Assembly: GCA_905331295.1 (NCBI GenBank)
Contig: CAJNYD010000345.1
Span: 1 to 61,608, forward strand
Reading direction: 5' to 3'
DNA from: Rotaria socialis
Lineage: Eukaryota
Length of the DNA stretch: 61,608 nucleotides
Notes under the pieces: model-generated
What the model saw: the letters and a program-made list of their open reading frames with translations, nothing else
What the model was told of the DNA's origin: nothing
Databases searched by the model: none
Part shown: positions 14,401-29,022 of the stretch, piece after piece
Numbering within the stretch: position 1 is the stretch's first letter
How the letters are laid out: each line of letters starts with the position of its first letter
Made by a program: the position numbers and the translations under genes

Positions 14401-17400
14401 TTTAATCATTAACTATATCCATTAAATCATATTTTACATAGAATATAATCTAGCAGATTTTTTTTATTACTCTATTTTATTGTAGAAGTGGTTTATCCGG
14501 GTCAGCGATATGTACATATAAAACTGATGATTTACAACGGATATTTTCATCTCCTTATTTAACACAAAAATCGAATGAATCATATTGGTTACCATCTACA
14601 GTAAAACAAGAATCGGAAAAAGTAAATTCAATCATATGAGTAAACTATGTAGAAACACTTCTTTTCTCTTTTTGTTTTGTTTCAAGTGTGAACCAAATCA
14701 ATCAAATGAGAATTTAGTATCATCAGGGCCAGTTCTTCAATCAGGTGTACTTCAATCATCGTATGATGCAGTAACATTGGATGATATTCGTATTGGACAT
14801 TTATTAATTAATCATTTTTATGGTATAACAATTTTATTTGTTATTACTGATGACAGCTTAGTATTAAGAAAATATTCGCTGATAAATAATCAACAATTAT
14901 GTTTAATTGAACATATTCAACTGAAACCAACTAATACTCCACATCATCAATGGAAAATTAATAAGGCAGAATTTATCTTAGAAACGGTAAATGATGAGAT
15001 TTTTTCTTTGATCTTTGAAAAATGTCCTTTTTTTCTCTTTAGAAAGAAATAGTAATGACAACAACGATATCAGTCGTGAAATTATCTGTTGCACGTTGCG
15101 ATAGATTTAATACAAGTAACTTATGTTTATCTGCTATGGATCCATATTGTACATGGGATAACAATCAACAACGATGCATTTTATTCACAAAATCATCCTC
15201 GACATTTCCTTCTTCTCGTCCATTATTGACATGTCCTATTATTAATACAACAAGTATGTGCCTATTAATAGTAGAGGTTTTTTCCTTTTATTTATTTATA
15301 TATAATTTATTCGTTTAGTTGATGGTGGTTGGACATCATGGTCATCATGGTTTACGTGTGAACAAGTAACAGGTGAGAAATGTCAATGTCGTACAAGAAC
15401 ATGTACACAACCAACACCACAGTTCGGTGGTCGATTATGTCAAGGATCAAATGTGGAAATAACGCGTTGTGAAGGTAAATAAACAAAAAAAGAAGAACAT
15501 GCTTATTATGTTATGAAATGATGTTTTTCTTCTTCTCATCCGTTTACTAGTTCATGGCGGTTTTTCTTCGTGGAGCGAATGGAGTCTTTGTTCGAAAACA
15601 TGCGGAAAATCATATCGATCAAGAACACGAACATGCACAAATCCTGAACCAAAAAATAATGGTCGTTTATGTATCGGAGCAGAGCGTGAAGAAGAATTAT
15701 GTCCAGAAATAGTTTGCTCAGAACAATCATCACGATTAAGTTCTTGGACTGGTAAAAACAATTATTTTTTTATTTAGCGCATCAACCGAACAGTCTTTCT
15801 CTCTCTCTCTCTATATGTATATGTATAGATTGGGATACATGTTCAAGAACTTGTGGTGGTGGAATACAAAAACGACGAAGAACTTGTTTGAGCAATGGAG
15901 ATAAATGTTTTGAATGTTTAGAAGAAACACGTTTATGCAATGAATCACCATGTCCAAGTATGTTTATCATTAAACAAAAAGGACTGAATTAGTTTTAATT
16001 CAAGATTATTTGAAATTTCAATCACACTACTTAATTGCTTTTCCTATGAAATATTATTCAAATTTTATTTAAGTTTAGTATTTTGTTGAAGAATTCATAA
16101 AATTGACTTAAAAGAAAATCAATTAGGCAAATCTATTGTATGGAAAAATAATTTTAAGGATTCTGTAACGGGTTTCATGCAAAAAAAAGATCCAAACGAA
16201 TCTAGTATTCCCTACACGTGTCACTTGATAAATATATACAATACATGTCGCATTTTTATTCAATTATCCGAGTTATGAAAAGAAAATTTATATTTTAGTT
16301 CAACAAGTAACATTATGGAGTGATTGGACACCCACTATAAATCCTATTAAAGATGGTTTTATTACTGAAAAACGAACTCGTTTTGTATGTACAATTGGTT
16401 CATCATCTGGTCAACAGCTACCAGAAATAACATCAGATACAGTTATGTATCGAGTATGTAATAATCAAGGAGGAAATGATTGTCAAGAAACAGGTAAATT
16501 ATTTAATTCAAATTTATTTCTATAAAAATTCTTTTTCGTTGGTTTTATTTTATTTAAGACTCTTTAGATAATTTGAATTTTGATGATTGGTCACCATGGT
16601 CAGTTTGGAGTGGTAAATATTTTTATTTCTAATTAGAAAAAAAAAGATTGATCAATAATTCCTGTTTCTTTTTTCTCCACATAATAGAATGTTATCCTGC
16701 TTGTGATATACTTGGTTCTATCGAAACTCGTCGTCGGACATGTTTAGGAAAACGTTGTTCAGGAAGTGATATTGAAAAACGGGAATGTTTATCATGTACA
16801 TCATTGAAATCGAGTAATTGGTCTTGCTGGACAGATTGGTCTGAATGTTCATTATGTACATCATCTCGTTTACGTTCAATAAAATATCGTACACGTATGT
16901 GTTTTACAAATTCTTGTCAAGGTGAATCACGCGAAGAACATTTATGTTCGCCATGTCCATTATTATTAAAATCGTTTCCATTGATTGATTCCATTAGTGA
17001 AATGCGTTTTACATTAATTCATATAATACTTGTTAGTCTTATATCATTTTTATTTGGTTGTCTTTTGATGCTTTGCATAATAATCCTATGTCGCTATCGT
17101 CGTCGTCGTCTTCATTCCCACTTTAAACATAGACAAGCATCAAATACATTTCTTCACGCAGATGATCGAGATTATTTTCAAGCATCAACATCAAATTCAT
17201 CATCAAGTCCACATACAGCACAAGATTCTGATACATTCACAACATTATCAAATACAAATAATAATACCAATAAATTTCGAAGTTTTGATTCATCATCATC
17301 ATCAACGAATGGTGGTGTAAGTGCTTTTCTTAAAGAAATTCCATCAAGAAAATTAAATATGTATATCAATCCAAGAGAAATGCCACCATTACCACCAGCA

Positions 17401-17466
17401 GCAACATTAAAACGAACATCATTGATGTCATCAATGAAAACAAATCTTGATGCTGATGATCTTTAA
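11421..17466 (+). CDS. SEMA5: Semaphorin-5-like protein (signal peptide, Sema, PSI, TSP1 repeats, TM, cytoplasmic tail); about 16 exons
   Basis: Exon 1 METIFLNVLFMILYLF is a signal peptide. Sema motifs CENYVRVL, LLACGTNSYRPIC, VYTFFRE, VYSRVARVCK and SAIC. PSI domain CLSAMDPYCTWD. Several TSP1 repeats (VDGGWTSWSSW, VHGGFSSWSEWSLCSKTCG, WDTCSRTCGGGIQKRRRTC). TM segment IHIILVSLISFLFGCLLMLCIIILC followed by RYRRRR. Confidence 0.92.
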
Positions 17467-19698
17467 TAATAAAAAATTACAATAAAACTAACTTGTATGT
17501 CGAAGAAGAGTCATTCATTCTTTTTTTTTGTATTCTATCTGTGATATGATATATCTGGCTGGTCCAGTTTTTTCTATTCTAATCGTATTCATTTTTTTTT
17601 CATTTTCTCTCAAGGTGTTGTTGGTTTCCTTTGTATTTTTTTTGTTCCCCTGTACTGCTTTTAAAATACCAAAGAAATGGATGTTTGTACATTTTGCAAT
17701 TAAATTTCATATGAGAAATTTGCACAAAATAAAAAGTAAATACTTTTAAAAAACAATTTTTCTTGTGAATTTGAAATTTTATCTAATTGCCTAAATGTAT
17801 TGTAAACCAAAGGAATTCTTTAGATAGTGAAAAGTCAAGCCTGCTATAATATATATGTCTCAATAGAAACGCATATACATATTTTACTTCGAATTGGAAA
17901 CATCGGCAATATAGAGTATAATAGTGCAATTCAAATGTTGTTTCAGATTTTAGGCAAGTTGAAACCACAAAACATGATCAAGATGTAATTAGCATTCATC
18001 AATATAATAACATTAACGTTCATATAACATGAAGATAAATTTATCTTTTTGAAAACACATGTTTACTGATGTCTTGTTTTGATTTTTTTTCTCAAAAGAA
18101 TCGCTCTTTTCATTTATTAATATAAATTACTCAATGATTAGAAAGTTCAAATTTCGATTGAGAAATTTTCTATGTTATGTTCCTTATGTTTATGTAAACA
18201 TGATTACAATGGGAATGTATAATATGACATATATTATATGTATCACAACAAGCAAACATATCTCACAGAAATACATAGATTCATACAAAGTCACATACGT
18301 AATCATTTAATAAAATATATTATATTTTAACTTGAATCAAAACTAGACGTAGAATAGAAAAATTTATAAATAATCCATAACATGTTACTTTCATATAGAA
18401 TTACTAGGAAATTACTTTATCCTGTAAATTATATTGATTCCGAATTATATTCTAGGTCGCTCATGTCTCGATCGTTCAACGGCTTGTACTGATTAATCAA
18501 TAGAGAACATCTTTTGTCGATAGATTGTCAGATTGACATCAAATTTGAACCATGACGATGTCACTTTGAACGCAGAAAATCTACATCCGCACCTTATTTC
18601 TGTGAAGGATTAAAACTCTGCTGACAAGATGCTCATGCAAATGTCGAAAAGTAGCAGTCATGATATTCAGGGAGATTTAAAAAATGATTGAGTACCAATC
18701 TAACTATAGCTAAAAATCTATAAGTATGATATTGCAGTTAAGCTATAAAAATAAAAGTACAGCTGGTTGCGATACTAAAGAAGACTTCAGAACTATGAAA
18801 GTGTAATATGTAGGATACCTTTCATACGCTCTATTGGCATTATTTTCATCTGCATAAAAAGCATCTTCACGCATGGCAACAAGATAGAATTAAGAACTTA
18901 ACCAAACATGAAGTTTCTCTGAGAGATAGAGCAAAATTCACAGAAAGATTGAAATTGTAGACCATCTTGGCTGTTAGAGAAAGAGTAAAAAGATAAGTTT
19001 AAAATAAAACTCAAGTGCACACGTGAGTAGAGACTAAAAGTATAAAAATAATAGGAAAAGCTAAAAGATCAAGAATAAAAAAAGGAACAAAAATTTTCGA
19101 ATGTGTTGAACAATTTAATTTGCATATGAACTAAAAGTTCAAAAATCATACAACGATGATTAAAGCGTCTGTTAACTATTGATTAGTGTTATTTCTGGTT
19201 TGTGCGTGAAAAACCTATATTCCTGCAGGACACTATTCATAATGTACTCACGTATGAAATCAAACTGATGCATTAAACCCTGAAGAAACAATTTCAAGTC
19301 AATTCAAATCGAAGATTATTAATGTGAATGAGGATTCATTGAACAAATATGATTTTATTTCATTTCTGTAATTAATTCTTTATGCCAAACTCAAGTGTGA
19401 AGAAATTTATAGATTAAAAGCTCAACTATCAAGATCATTCTATAGGTTTAGTCATTTTACTATTTCTTCATGCAAAAATAGAACTCTTTCATGTAAATTA
19501 TTTTCTAAGATTGACAAAATTGGTATCAAAACTATTGATGAGTTCTATGTAGAAAAAAAAAAGTTTCTTTCTTATAGTAACCTTATTTATTTAAAACTTC
19601 TGTATTCAATTCAAAATCATTTGTTGGAAAAGAATATGATGTTCTAAAATATACATTTAGATTTAGATTTTATTAAAGAATTAAGAAACCGGTAAAGC

Positions 19699-20596
19699 TT
19701 AAATAAGTCGAAGAATTTGTCGCAGTGAAGATGAAATATTTATGCCAACTAATTTCCATTTTAATGAAGAAAAATCAAGTTTTTCTAAAATCTCTTTTTG
19801 TAATTGTGGTTCCATACTATCTTGACGACTATTTACGTAAAGAAAACAAAATTAATACAATGAAGAGCTAAGTTAAGAAAAACTTACGTAAAAATATTAA
19901 AAAAATATCGTTCAGAAAATGCAGCAATACCTTCGAATTGTGAAAGACTAATTTTTGCATTTGATGGCAAATCAAGAAGGCCAATCACTTGTGTAATAAA
20001 ATGTGTATCAATTGTACGCATATATGAATCAGATAAAGCATCTGGAAGAACCTAAATATTTTCAAAAATATTCTTTCAAAGAAAACAAAAATACAAATGA
20101 AAAAGAGAAATATTCGAGAGTTTTTAACAATCTGCAATACACTATATAGTTTCATTTTTGACATATACTTTTGTTTTCTATACTGTTAAATCTTGTAACA
20201 GTTGGTTGTTCGTTTTCTTTTACCTTAACACTTAGTTCTCCTTCGTTATCTTTATGTTTGTCAAAAATACGTTTGTACAATGTATGTCGACGATTATTAA
20301 CTCGACAGTAGTTCTCCAAATATTCTCTTGGTGTAAGTGCTACAAAAATAATTTTATTTGTTATGTAATCGTCGATAAAAACAAAATGCGAAAAAAACTC
20401 ACTTTCAAAAAGTTTTACATCGAAAGGTATCCAAAATCGACTTGCTTGTTGTGATAAAATAACACTATTCATACCTGAGTAAGAACGAGCTTGCTATTTT
20501 GTTAGATCGAGTCAATATAAAAGAATTAATTTATTCTCTGTAAAAAAAACCTACTTCATCATGATTAACCATGAATCCATTAGAACTTTCATGCAT
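19699..20596 (-). CDS. Uncharacterised spliced protein of about 200 aa, possibly EF-hand-like; 5' end uncertain
   Basis: Five exons splice in frame: MHESSNGFMVNHDE|QARSY...KLFE|TLTPREYLENYCRVNNRRHTLYKRIFDKHKDNEGELSVK|VLPDALSD...FEGIAAFSERYFFNIF|TRQD...EKLDFSSLKWKLVGINISSSLRQILRLI*. The frame stays open upstream to an acceptor near 20676. Confidence 0.75.
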
Positions 20597-22632
20597 CTTT
20601 CTGTAATTCAATATTATGACTTTCGGCTTTTTCTTTCTTCTGTTTCTCTCTTTTTCTACTACTTGATTACTTATTCTGTAAACAAAAAGAGAAACAGACA
20701 CTTGTTGCTACTCGTTGCTTTCTTAATCTTCAAATTCAACTATTGATATGTTGATTTTCTATTGCCATACACATTCGTCAAAAATATGCAGAACGGTAAA
20801 GAAGAAAAAGAATCAGTTGAATAAGTTGTCTATTGACTTTTAATTGTACTTTGCGTTGTTTTGTGCGTGTTTTGTGTCGGTCACCAATTTGAAAAATATT
20901 AAGACACGACGTTCGCGTAATTTCTTATTGAGTAAATACTCTACTATTCTCATATTCCTTGTGTCAATTCAATTATTAAAGTGAAGAAACAAAGATATTC
21001 AAATTTTTCTTTCAAAAGTCATCATTTTAACTATTTTATTCTAGTTTAATTTAATATTTTCTGTATTAATTGAATTAAAAAGAGTAATTCAAATTGGATA
21101 TTTTATTCAAGTAAACGTTTTCTTTTAATTATAAAAGAAATGATCAGCAACAAAAAGAAAGCTAACAAACAATCACTTAATGAGAAGTAAATATGTGAAC
21201 AAGTTGATCCACGAATGAACATATGACAAACAATCGGAGATAGAGTACGAGAAAATATGTAGCGTTCCTTTTTATAAAAACAAATACAAATTCATGGTAG
21301 CAATGACGAAGAAAAGGTTCTGTTGCGGACTAATGTCAAAATTTACTGATGTTATTACACTTTTATATCTTCGACGACGTTCTATTATTTTCTGAAGTTA
21401 CTTTTCGATGCAGCTCACGAATGACAACTGAATTTGAACTCCTTTTCAACAAGAGATATCTCATAAACCAAACAAAAAACGGAAAGTTGTAATGTTCTTC
21501 TAATTCGGATGTGTTTACAGTGTGAAATTAGATATTAAGTGATGCGTAGATTCGTTTTTGACTTTCACCAGAATGAACTGGTTGATTATAAGTTATTTTT
21601 GGAATAGAACGTCATTTGTTGTTTCAATGGACGAAAATTTTGATAATATTATCGTGCAATGAAATTAAAACTACGCTAAATATATAACAGTCAATAAATA
21701 TGAAATTTAAATCAATGAATTTTTTTTTTTTATCTCTCGTAAATACTTGAAATAATGACTGCCGTCTAACATAATAAATTTTTATGGATAAGAAAAGAGC
21801 AACCATATCTACTGAGTTGAAGCGATGCGGATTCTAATAAATCTTCTCACATTATGGCAAAGAAATTAGTTAGTGTAACTTTTTGCTCAAATCGAAAAAT
21901 CATAATTCTTACTCATTGCCAATAATTTACTGAATATTTTTTGGATTATTAATAAATTAAGGTATTTCAAACGACATCATCATCATCGAAGACGAACTTT
22001 ACTTTTTTTTCTTTGCTACGATTCGCAAAAACTCTATTTGATGATCATCTAACAATGAACTCATGAAGTTCTTCGTTTCCTTAATTGAAGTCTAATTAAT
22101 ACTATAGTAGGTATTATTTTCCATACACTCATTTTAGTCGTATTCAGGTTCGATAGGAAACAAACTGCCTGTGTAATTTCTTGATTTCTAGTTAAATCCT
22201 TGAATTCAAGAGATTCATTCTTATTCCTCTTTCTATATTTCGTTGGATCTTGACATATCATTTCTCTGCGTCAATCTCGCGTGGTTTTTCGTTGCAATGG
22301 CATGACTTCATATAGTATTATTTTTTATAAAAATGAATCTAGTATATCAATTTTAACAAGATAAATAGATGATGATGATGATGATGAATCTAGTAGCTCT
22401 CTTTTATTTAGTATCAAATTTCAAAGTATGAATCTAAACAAAAGATGGACAATACTACGTTTTTCGATGAAAAGTCTCGTGTTAAAAATTCTTTTTACTT
22501 ATGAATCATTTCTATTAATATGTCATTTTTTGGGTCGATAAAAACGAAAGATACAACGCAGAAGATAACTATTTCAACAACAAATAAAAATATTTATCTT
22601 GTGCATTTAAAAAAAAAGATAGTACAGACAGT

Positions 22633-23466
22633 ATGTTTCAAGGCGGCAGGAGTACAATGAGTCTTATAACAATGCCAAGTATTGATGAGGAACAACGCCA
22701 TCCTAGAGCCATTCTTCAAACGAATCAATCAACTATTAGCTCTGAAATTCTTAATTTACCACGCACTGTTATTGATGTGTTTGATGATATATATTCAAGT
22801 CGAGTTCATCGAAGATGTATTGATTTCAGTTATTTCACGTTGCTTTCAATGACATTAGGAGTTGTTTTTTGGGTAGCTTATTGGATATCATCTAATCGAT
22901 GTCAAAATTTGAGAAATCCTCAATCAAACTCATCTATTTGTGATTTTGTCATCGTTTTTCAAGTATTCTCAATAATATCAATTAGTATTTCACCATTCTT
23001 ATTTATACTTATGATTTATTCATGGATACGTTATTCGTGTCATAATCCGTTAGATCCGATTCGAAATAAATTTCTTGAATTAAAATTAGAAGATAATCTA
23101 TGGCAACAGCAATTAAGTTATTATTATAATGTGAAGATGTCAAGATATTCTCGTTGTCTACGTCGTAAACAAGAAATGGAATTACATGAACGAGGTTATG
23201 GCTATGTCATATTGTCATCACATGGGATTATTCTTGATGAATTAATACTCTTAAGTGCGCGAACTAACATAATTGATGAGGGCGTTATTTATAATGATGA
23301 AAACATATTGAAATTAACTTTTAAAAAAACTTGTCTACGACCGTGGAAAATCCATCTTTCAATTTATCTACCTGAGAATTATGTTGAGCAACGCTATAGA
23401 GAAAAGCTCATGCAAATATTAAAAATTCAGATTCGAATTGAAAATATTTTTCCACATAATTCGTAA
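22633..23466 (+). CDS. Single-exon hypothetical membrane protein (2 TM segments)
   Basis: 277-aa ORF in AT-rich DNA with two hydrophobic stretches (FTLLSMTLGVVFWVAYWI and VIVFQVFSIISISISPFLFILMIYSWI). No family recognised. Confidence 0.7.
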   Translation: MFQGGRSTMSLITMPSIDEEQRHPRAILQTNQSTISSEILNLPRTVIDVFDDIYSSRVHRRCIDFSYFTLLSMTLGVVFWVAYWISSNRCQNLRNPQSNSSICDFVIVFQVFSIISISISPFLFILMIYSWIRYSCHNPLDPIRNKFLELKLEDNLWQQQLSYYYNVKMSRYSRCLRRKQEMELHERGYGYVILSSHGIILDELILLSARTNIIDEGVIYNDENILKLTFKKTCLRPWKIHLSIYLPENYVEQRYREKLMQILKIQIRIENIFPHNS

Positions 23467-25427
23467 ATATTCAAGTTCGTTCTTATTACTGAATAGTCAT
23501 TACCTTATTTCGTTACAAATTAACTATTACATTCGAGTTTTTCAAATTTCTGCAAATAAACTGTTAATTTTAATAATTAAATTGTTTAACTAGGCGTTTT
23601 AATCATGTTTGCATATTAGTTAATTCTAATATTTCTCTATTTTTTTAAGAGAATTTAGTAAATAGTGGTTTCATTCATGTGTATAGGATGGTACGGATGT
23701 TGAATGTTCGCTAGCAGACAGTTTCAATATAAATATATCATTCTATCTTAGAAATAAAAGCATTATTTCTCATCTTTTGTCAATGCTTAATCGACCCATT
23801 ATTTTATACTTCAACGGTTGAAGAATATTATCCGTTTAGATAAAGCTTTTCTTTTAAGCAGAAACGCGATATAAACCTTCAACAAAATAGAGAAAATGTT
23901 TTTCAAAAAATAAGACAAGCAATATATGTAATAATGTTAGCATATTTTAGAATGGCTGTCCGTAAATAATAATCAATAGAAATCTTGAAAGTTTAAGATC
24001 ACTTTGACTTCACATTATAAAATAATGAAAGGAAACTGCCGAATGATTTTTCAAATATAGACATAATTGTTTATCAAAGTTGAGAATATTGAGTTAATTG
24101 AAGCAGAAAGAAAAGGTTATGAGCGGTGCTACTTAAAAAAAATGATTTCTACAGTCATACGACTGTTTACGACGATAGACAACATTATATGTATGGAAAT
24201 GTTGTTTTTTATCATTTCATGGAACTAATTAATTTTCTACTCAAAAAATAGAATGCCTCAAAGAACATAAAATACTGAATAACTCCTCAGAATATCATTC
24301 TACAAATTATATCGCATTTGTCACTCATCAGAATACGACACCTTAGAGAAACATGATTAAACTATTTTGACTTATAAGTCACATAATGCCATGTCTTTCA
24401 TTAAGTAAAGACATTTCCTCAAAAGAGTTTCAATGATTTCTATAGATTTCTATCCAAAAACTCCCTTAGAAGTTATCTTTTATTAAGAAGAAATTTCATC
24501 AAGTATATATTTATAACTCTCTTTTATTTCATAAAATAACTTTTGTTTTGTTTTGATTAAAAACGAAAAGATTCGTGCATAGAATCACATCTAATTTTAT
24601 ACTAGCAGTTTTTCATAAGCAAGACATTTCTTTTTCCTCTTGGAGTTCTTTGCCGTCAAGCATTTTCCTTATAATGCTCATTCCGTTTATACCTACCACA
24701 TAGTTTTATTTCTTTTTACTTCTTCTTTTCCTCGATGTCGATATTTTATACGAGTAGTTAATTGAGTTGATCTCAGCTTTTCTTCGGAAAAAGTTAAAAA
24801 TAACAAGATGCATAGCAGAAAATAAATCAATAGTTTTCTCTCGTCATACTTTTTCTTGTCAAATAAGGAAGAGAAAAAGTAATAAACTTAAAAATAATCA
24901 CGCCTATGTCTTAATTTACATAAGATCCGACTTTTAAATCTACCCACCGACCGAATAAGCTCATTATTTAATTTAATTTCAGCCATCTATATTTATGTAT
25001 CTTTGAATCCCAACAAAAATAAATACTGATAGAACAAAAAAAAGCAATGCTCTAGTTTATAGATATTACTCGTAAAGAAAATTTTTACAACTTCTAGAGT
25101 TTGAAATTTCAAAATAAATCTCTTATTTCTGTTTTTTCTTTTGTGAAACTCACATATATTTTCGAAGCAAATAGTGCGTGTAAGTTTAAAAGCGAGATTT
25201 TTGTGACTCCCCACACCCTCCCCATTACAGACTTTAATGAGTTTAAAATTGAGCTAATTAGAAGCTTGACTAACCAGGCTGCTGTTTCTTCCTTTTTTAA
25301 TTACAGACTACACAAAAAAAGCAATGCTGACCCATTACAGACCATAGAAACTAGTCTCTGTCATTGTTAAATATACGAGCTAACAACTAATATTCCATTG
25401 ACAGGCACAAGCAAATAGGTAATGACC

Positions 25428-25553
25428 TAATTATAGGTTTTGGGAATCAAGGTAGATTTTTCAGATGAACTATTTTGAATTGTTTTAGTAAGCCTAATGG
25501 ATATATGTGAGTTCCACATTTTAGCCCCAAAGGGGCTGCGCTAACAAGCTTTT
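25428..25553 (+). repeat. Dispersed repeat terminus with GC hairpin, inverted partner of 2128-2255
   Basis: Contains the stem-loop AGCCCC-AAA-GGGGCT about 15 nt before a terminal T-run. The element probably extends upstream, but its 5' end is not definable. Confidence 0.8.
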
Positions 25554-25755
25554 TCATTATGCGACCATTAGTTTTCTTTTTACATCCGTCAAGTCGTTGT
25601 ATTTTTTCTTTCTGGTGGAAGCTAATTGTATTTGCTATTTCCCTCTATAGATAAATGTAATATATAAATTTAGCTTCTTTTTATTCTATCATTTTATCAT
25701 TTGCATAACATTTTAGCTATTGCAAACCATTGAAACTCATTGGCATCTAATAAAA

Positions 25756-26522
25756 ATGACAATAAATGTGAATACAACCAAAATATTTATTGAGCAATCT
25801 CCAACAGAATCATCGTATGATGCATATAATGACAATAAAGACATTATATGGCCTACAGTTGTTGGCATTTTTGTAACATTAGCATTAGGCTGGATGATAT
25901 GCCGTTATAAATGCTCATCAAAAGAACGATCACCACATAGTGTTAGATGTTGTCCTAAATCATTATGTAAAAATATTCGATTATGTTTTACGTACATATT
26001 TGGGTATATAATTTAGAATTAATTATTTTATTTTATTATTTTTATTATCGACGAAAGATCAATTTTTATTTAGACTAAAACATGATCAGCAACAAGATCT
26101 TAATTCTCGGATACCAATGAATAGTAATAAAGCAAGGTAATATTTGAATCAATGATATAATTAATTATATACTCTTTTTCTTTGATTTTGTTTTGACAAG
26201 AACATCTGCTAATAGTCTACAAGAAATTCCATTTCTTGTCGATCGATCATCAATTAATCGATCATCCTTCTCACAAGTACATCAACAATGGCCACCACCA
26301 TTTGTACTTGATCAGTTACCTTCGTTTCCCTTGTCAATAACAGTTCAACCAACAATTACATCATCGCCACCAAAACGACATCCATTACGTCGTGATTCGA
26401 CACTATATGGACTAAATAATGAACGACGAGAATCCTCATTGTGGCCATTTCGTACGATTAATGCAGTATTTCATAAACAAACGAGTGAAATAAAAGAAAA
26501 TGACCTTTTTCTTAGCTCTTGA
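25756..26522 (+). CDS. Hypothetical single-pass membrane protein, 3 exons
   Basis: TM segment IIWPTVVGIFVTLALGWMIC, then a Cys/basic juxtamembrane stretch. Introns ~25992-26072 and ~26137-26200 (GT-AG) join the two ORFs in frame. Tail is Ser/Pro-rich. Confidence 0.65.
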
Positions 26523-29022
26523 ACTTACATATTGTTTTCGTTTTTCACAATTACAAGAGCATGACTCAATGCAATTTACTCACTATTTACGAGCTTGTGT
26601 TATCGACGTGCAGCAACACCTTGTAGATTAGAAAAACCTGTAAAAATAATTCGAATGAATTGGTCTGCTCTACACATTTACATCAACTTTGATTAAAACA
26701 TGAAGAATTAACAGGAAAACTGAAAATCGAATTTTTGGCAAAACATTTAGTTTATACAAATAATTGTAATTGTTCTAAGAGACTATCCTAAAAGTTTCTG
26801 CCTACATTCATGTTGTATGTTTGAGATATTGAATATGCAAAAGTTAAGCGACTGTGTAGAATGATCAGAAAAAATGAAAACTTTTGGATGTTAAAGATCT
26901 TAAGAATGAAGTAATCATATTGATTGAAACTTTTTAATATATTCTTAGAATGATGAAACTATCTTATGAATAAATTTCTAATCTAAATTTTGACCTGGTA
27001 CATAAGAAAAAATAGCACACTTTGTATTTCGTGAATATCTTGTTCATGTTTGATGATAGATAGATAGAATTACACCCAAAATATATCCCCTGTAATTGTC
27101 TACGAGATACGCATCCAACGTTTTTTCGGTAGAAAGCAAAACAAAATATATTGAACACGTTCGACAGAAGAAACTTCTAAAGATTTATAATTCTTTTTGA
27201 AACATATCGTTGTTGAACATTGGTTACAATAAAAATAGAATGTAGACATTTTCTAGTCGTTGAAGTACTCTACCAATCCATTGTCATTTGATTATTTCCA
27301 TACTCATTCTTACGATGTACAGCACTAAACTTCTTTTCACGATGCTCGAGAAATTAGCTGTACCATTCTTTAGTTTCGGAGCTCCTGGGAAAAGAGGCAT
27401 AGATATGTGAAAATAGCATCTGTTGACTTTAGATTTTATTATCTTTGTTGAAAAATGAATAATACACTAGATTCATAGGCAAAAGTGGAATTGAAACTAT
27501 CTTCTTCGATTCAGTTAACCAACAATATCGGGTTTTAACTTTTGTTTAATAGAATTTGGAAAAGTCAGGATTTTTTACTTTCAATTTACTTCCAACGACG
27601 TTTTACTGACGTGATGGGAAAGAGCAGACTGGATAGAGCTTTAAAAAAACGTTTGCATATTGCGTTTTCTTGTTATTGAGATTCTAAAAAAGATTCTAAA
27701 TATAATTTTGAAATGACTTAGGAAGTTGCTTCTTTCGAATTTTTTTCATATTTTTATTGTGCTGTCTATAGAAAAATTTTCGATACGTGTCTCGTAAAGA
27801 ATTCAATGGGATATTCTTTGAGCTTAGTTTGATTTATGTATGATCAAAAATGAACGAAATATTTACGACGATCAGTATTTCCTCTGCTAGTCAAAGTCAA
27901 ACAGTATTATTTTAAATTCATTGATCAGATCCGTATGGCTGAATGATTTTCGAGTCATGCAAGTTTAGCGATGATTGTTAAATGTTTAATATATGAATAC
28001 ATAGGTTCTATATGATTTTTATTAGTTTTATCTTAATTATGTTCTTCTTTATTCAAGTAAAATTATATGATGTGACTAATGAAACACACACTATAAAATA
28101 TTGCATAAACAATGAAACAGTCAAATAAACATATGACCTAAACAGCGGTAGATTTTTTCTTTAAATTTAAAAACATAACTTTCTGAAAGAATAATTTCCA
28201 AATATTTTGATGTTCATATACATATTTTGATGTACCAGAATAATACAAAGTGAATAAGTTATCGTAGAATGAAATGTTTTTATCCGAAATAAGAACTTTG
28301 ATCAAAGACGTATGTTCAGTATTACTGCAAAAAACATATTTATACCATGATGGAGTAAAATGTTTTACCCGTTCAAAAATAAAATCTGGAGAGATAAAAT
28401 TAGAAACAAAATGATTTCTTTTTCTTCTATTATTATGAATAACCAGTAGTTAATAGAACTCTGCAAGAAATCATTTCAGTATTGTAATTCAACATAAGAA
28501 ACTACGTACAAAAGCTAGAAGCTATATACGGTGGCACAAAAAAGACTCGTTCTTTCTATGTGATTGAATCAATTAATGAAAGTTAAACTATATATAGATG
28601 GTAACTCATTCATGAAGAAAATTTTATAATCTTAACACTATCAAAACAAAAGAGCAATAGATAAATTGCATTGTAGTGTAATATCAAATTTCTCTTTCAC
28701 ATTCCTCAAGGATCAAGTTATACAAACGCATATGCTAGTTGTCGCTAGTCGATGATAGCGTTTTAAGCAAATAAACTTGGGAAATTGTTTTTATCAATAT
28801 GATTTTTCTTGTCTTGAGTCATTCGACATGAAATGACACTGAATAGATAAATCAATCAAATATTTTGATTAATAATAGTATTGATTGTTAATAGACCAAT
28901 AGTATGTTAAAGAAAAATAAATATGACATTGAAAGGATACATTTCTTTCTTTTATTTATTGACATTGAATTTATTCGAATAAAACAATAGGAATTACTAG
29001 ATCTGATGTATAAATATGAACA

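Noticed and set aside
11421..15100. Possibly truncated Sema domain
   Set aside because: Summed exon lengths give roughly 450 aa before the PSI domain, which is normal.
21200..22300. Short minus-strand ORFs as extra exons or a separate gene
   Set aside because: Could not build a stop-free spliced frame.
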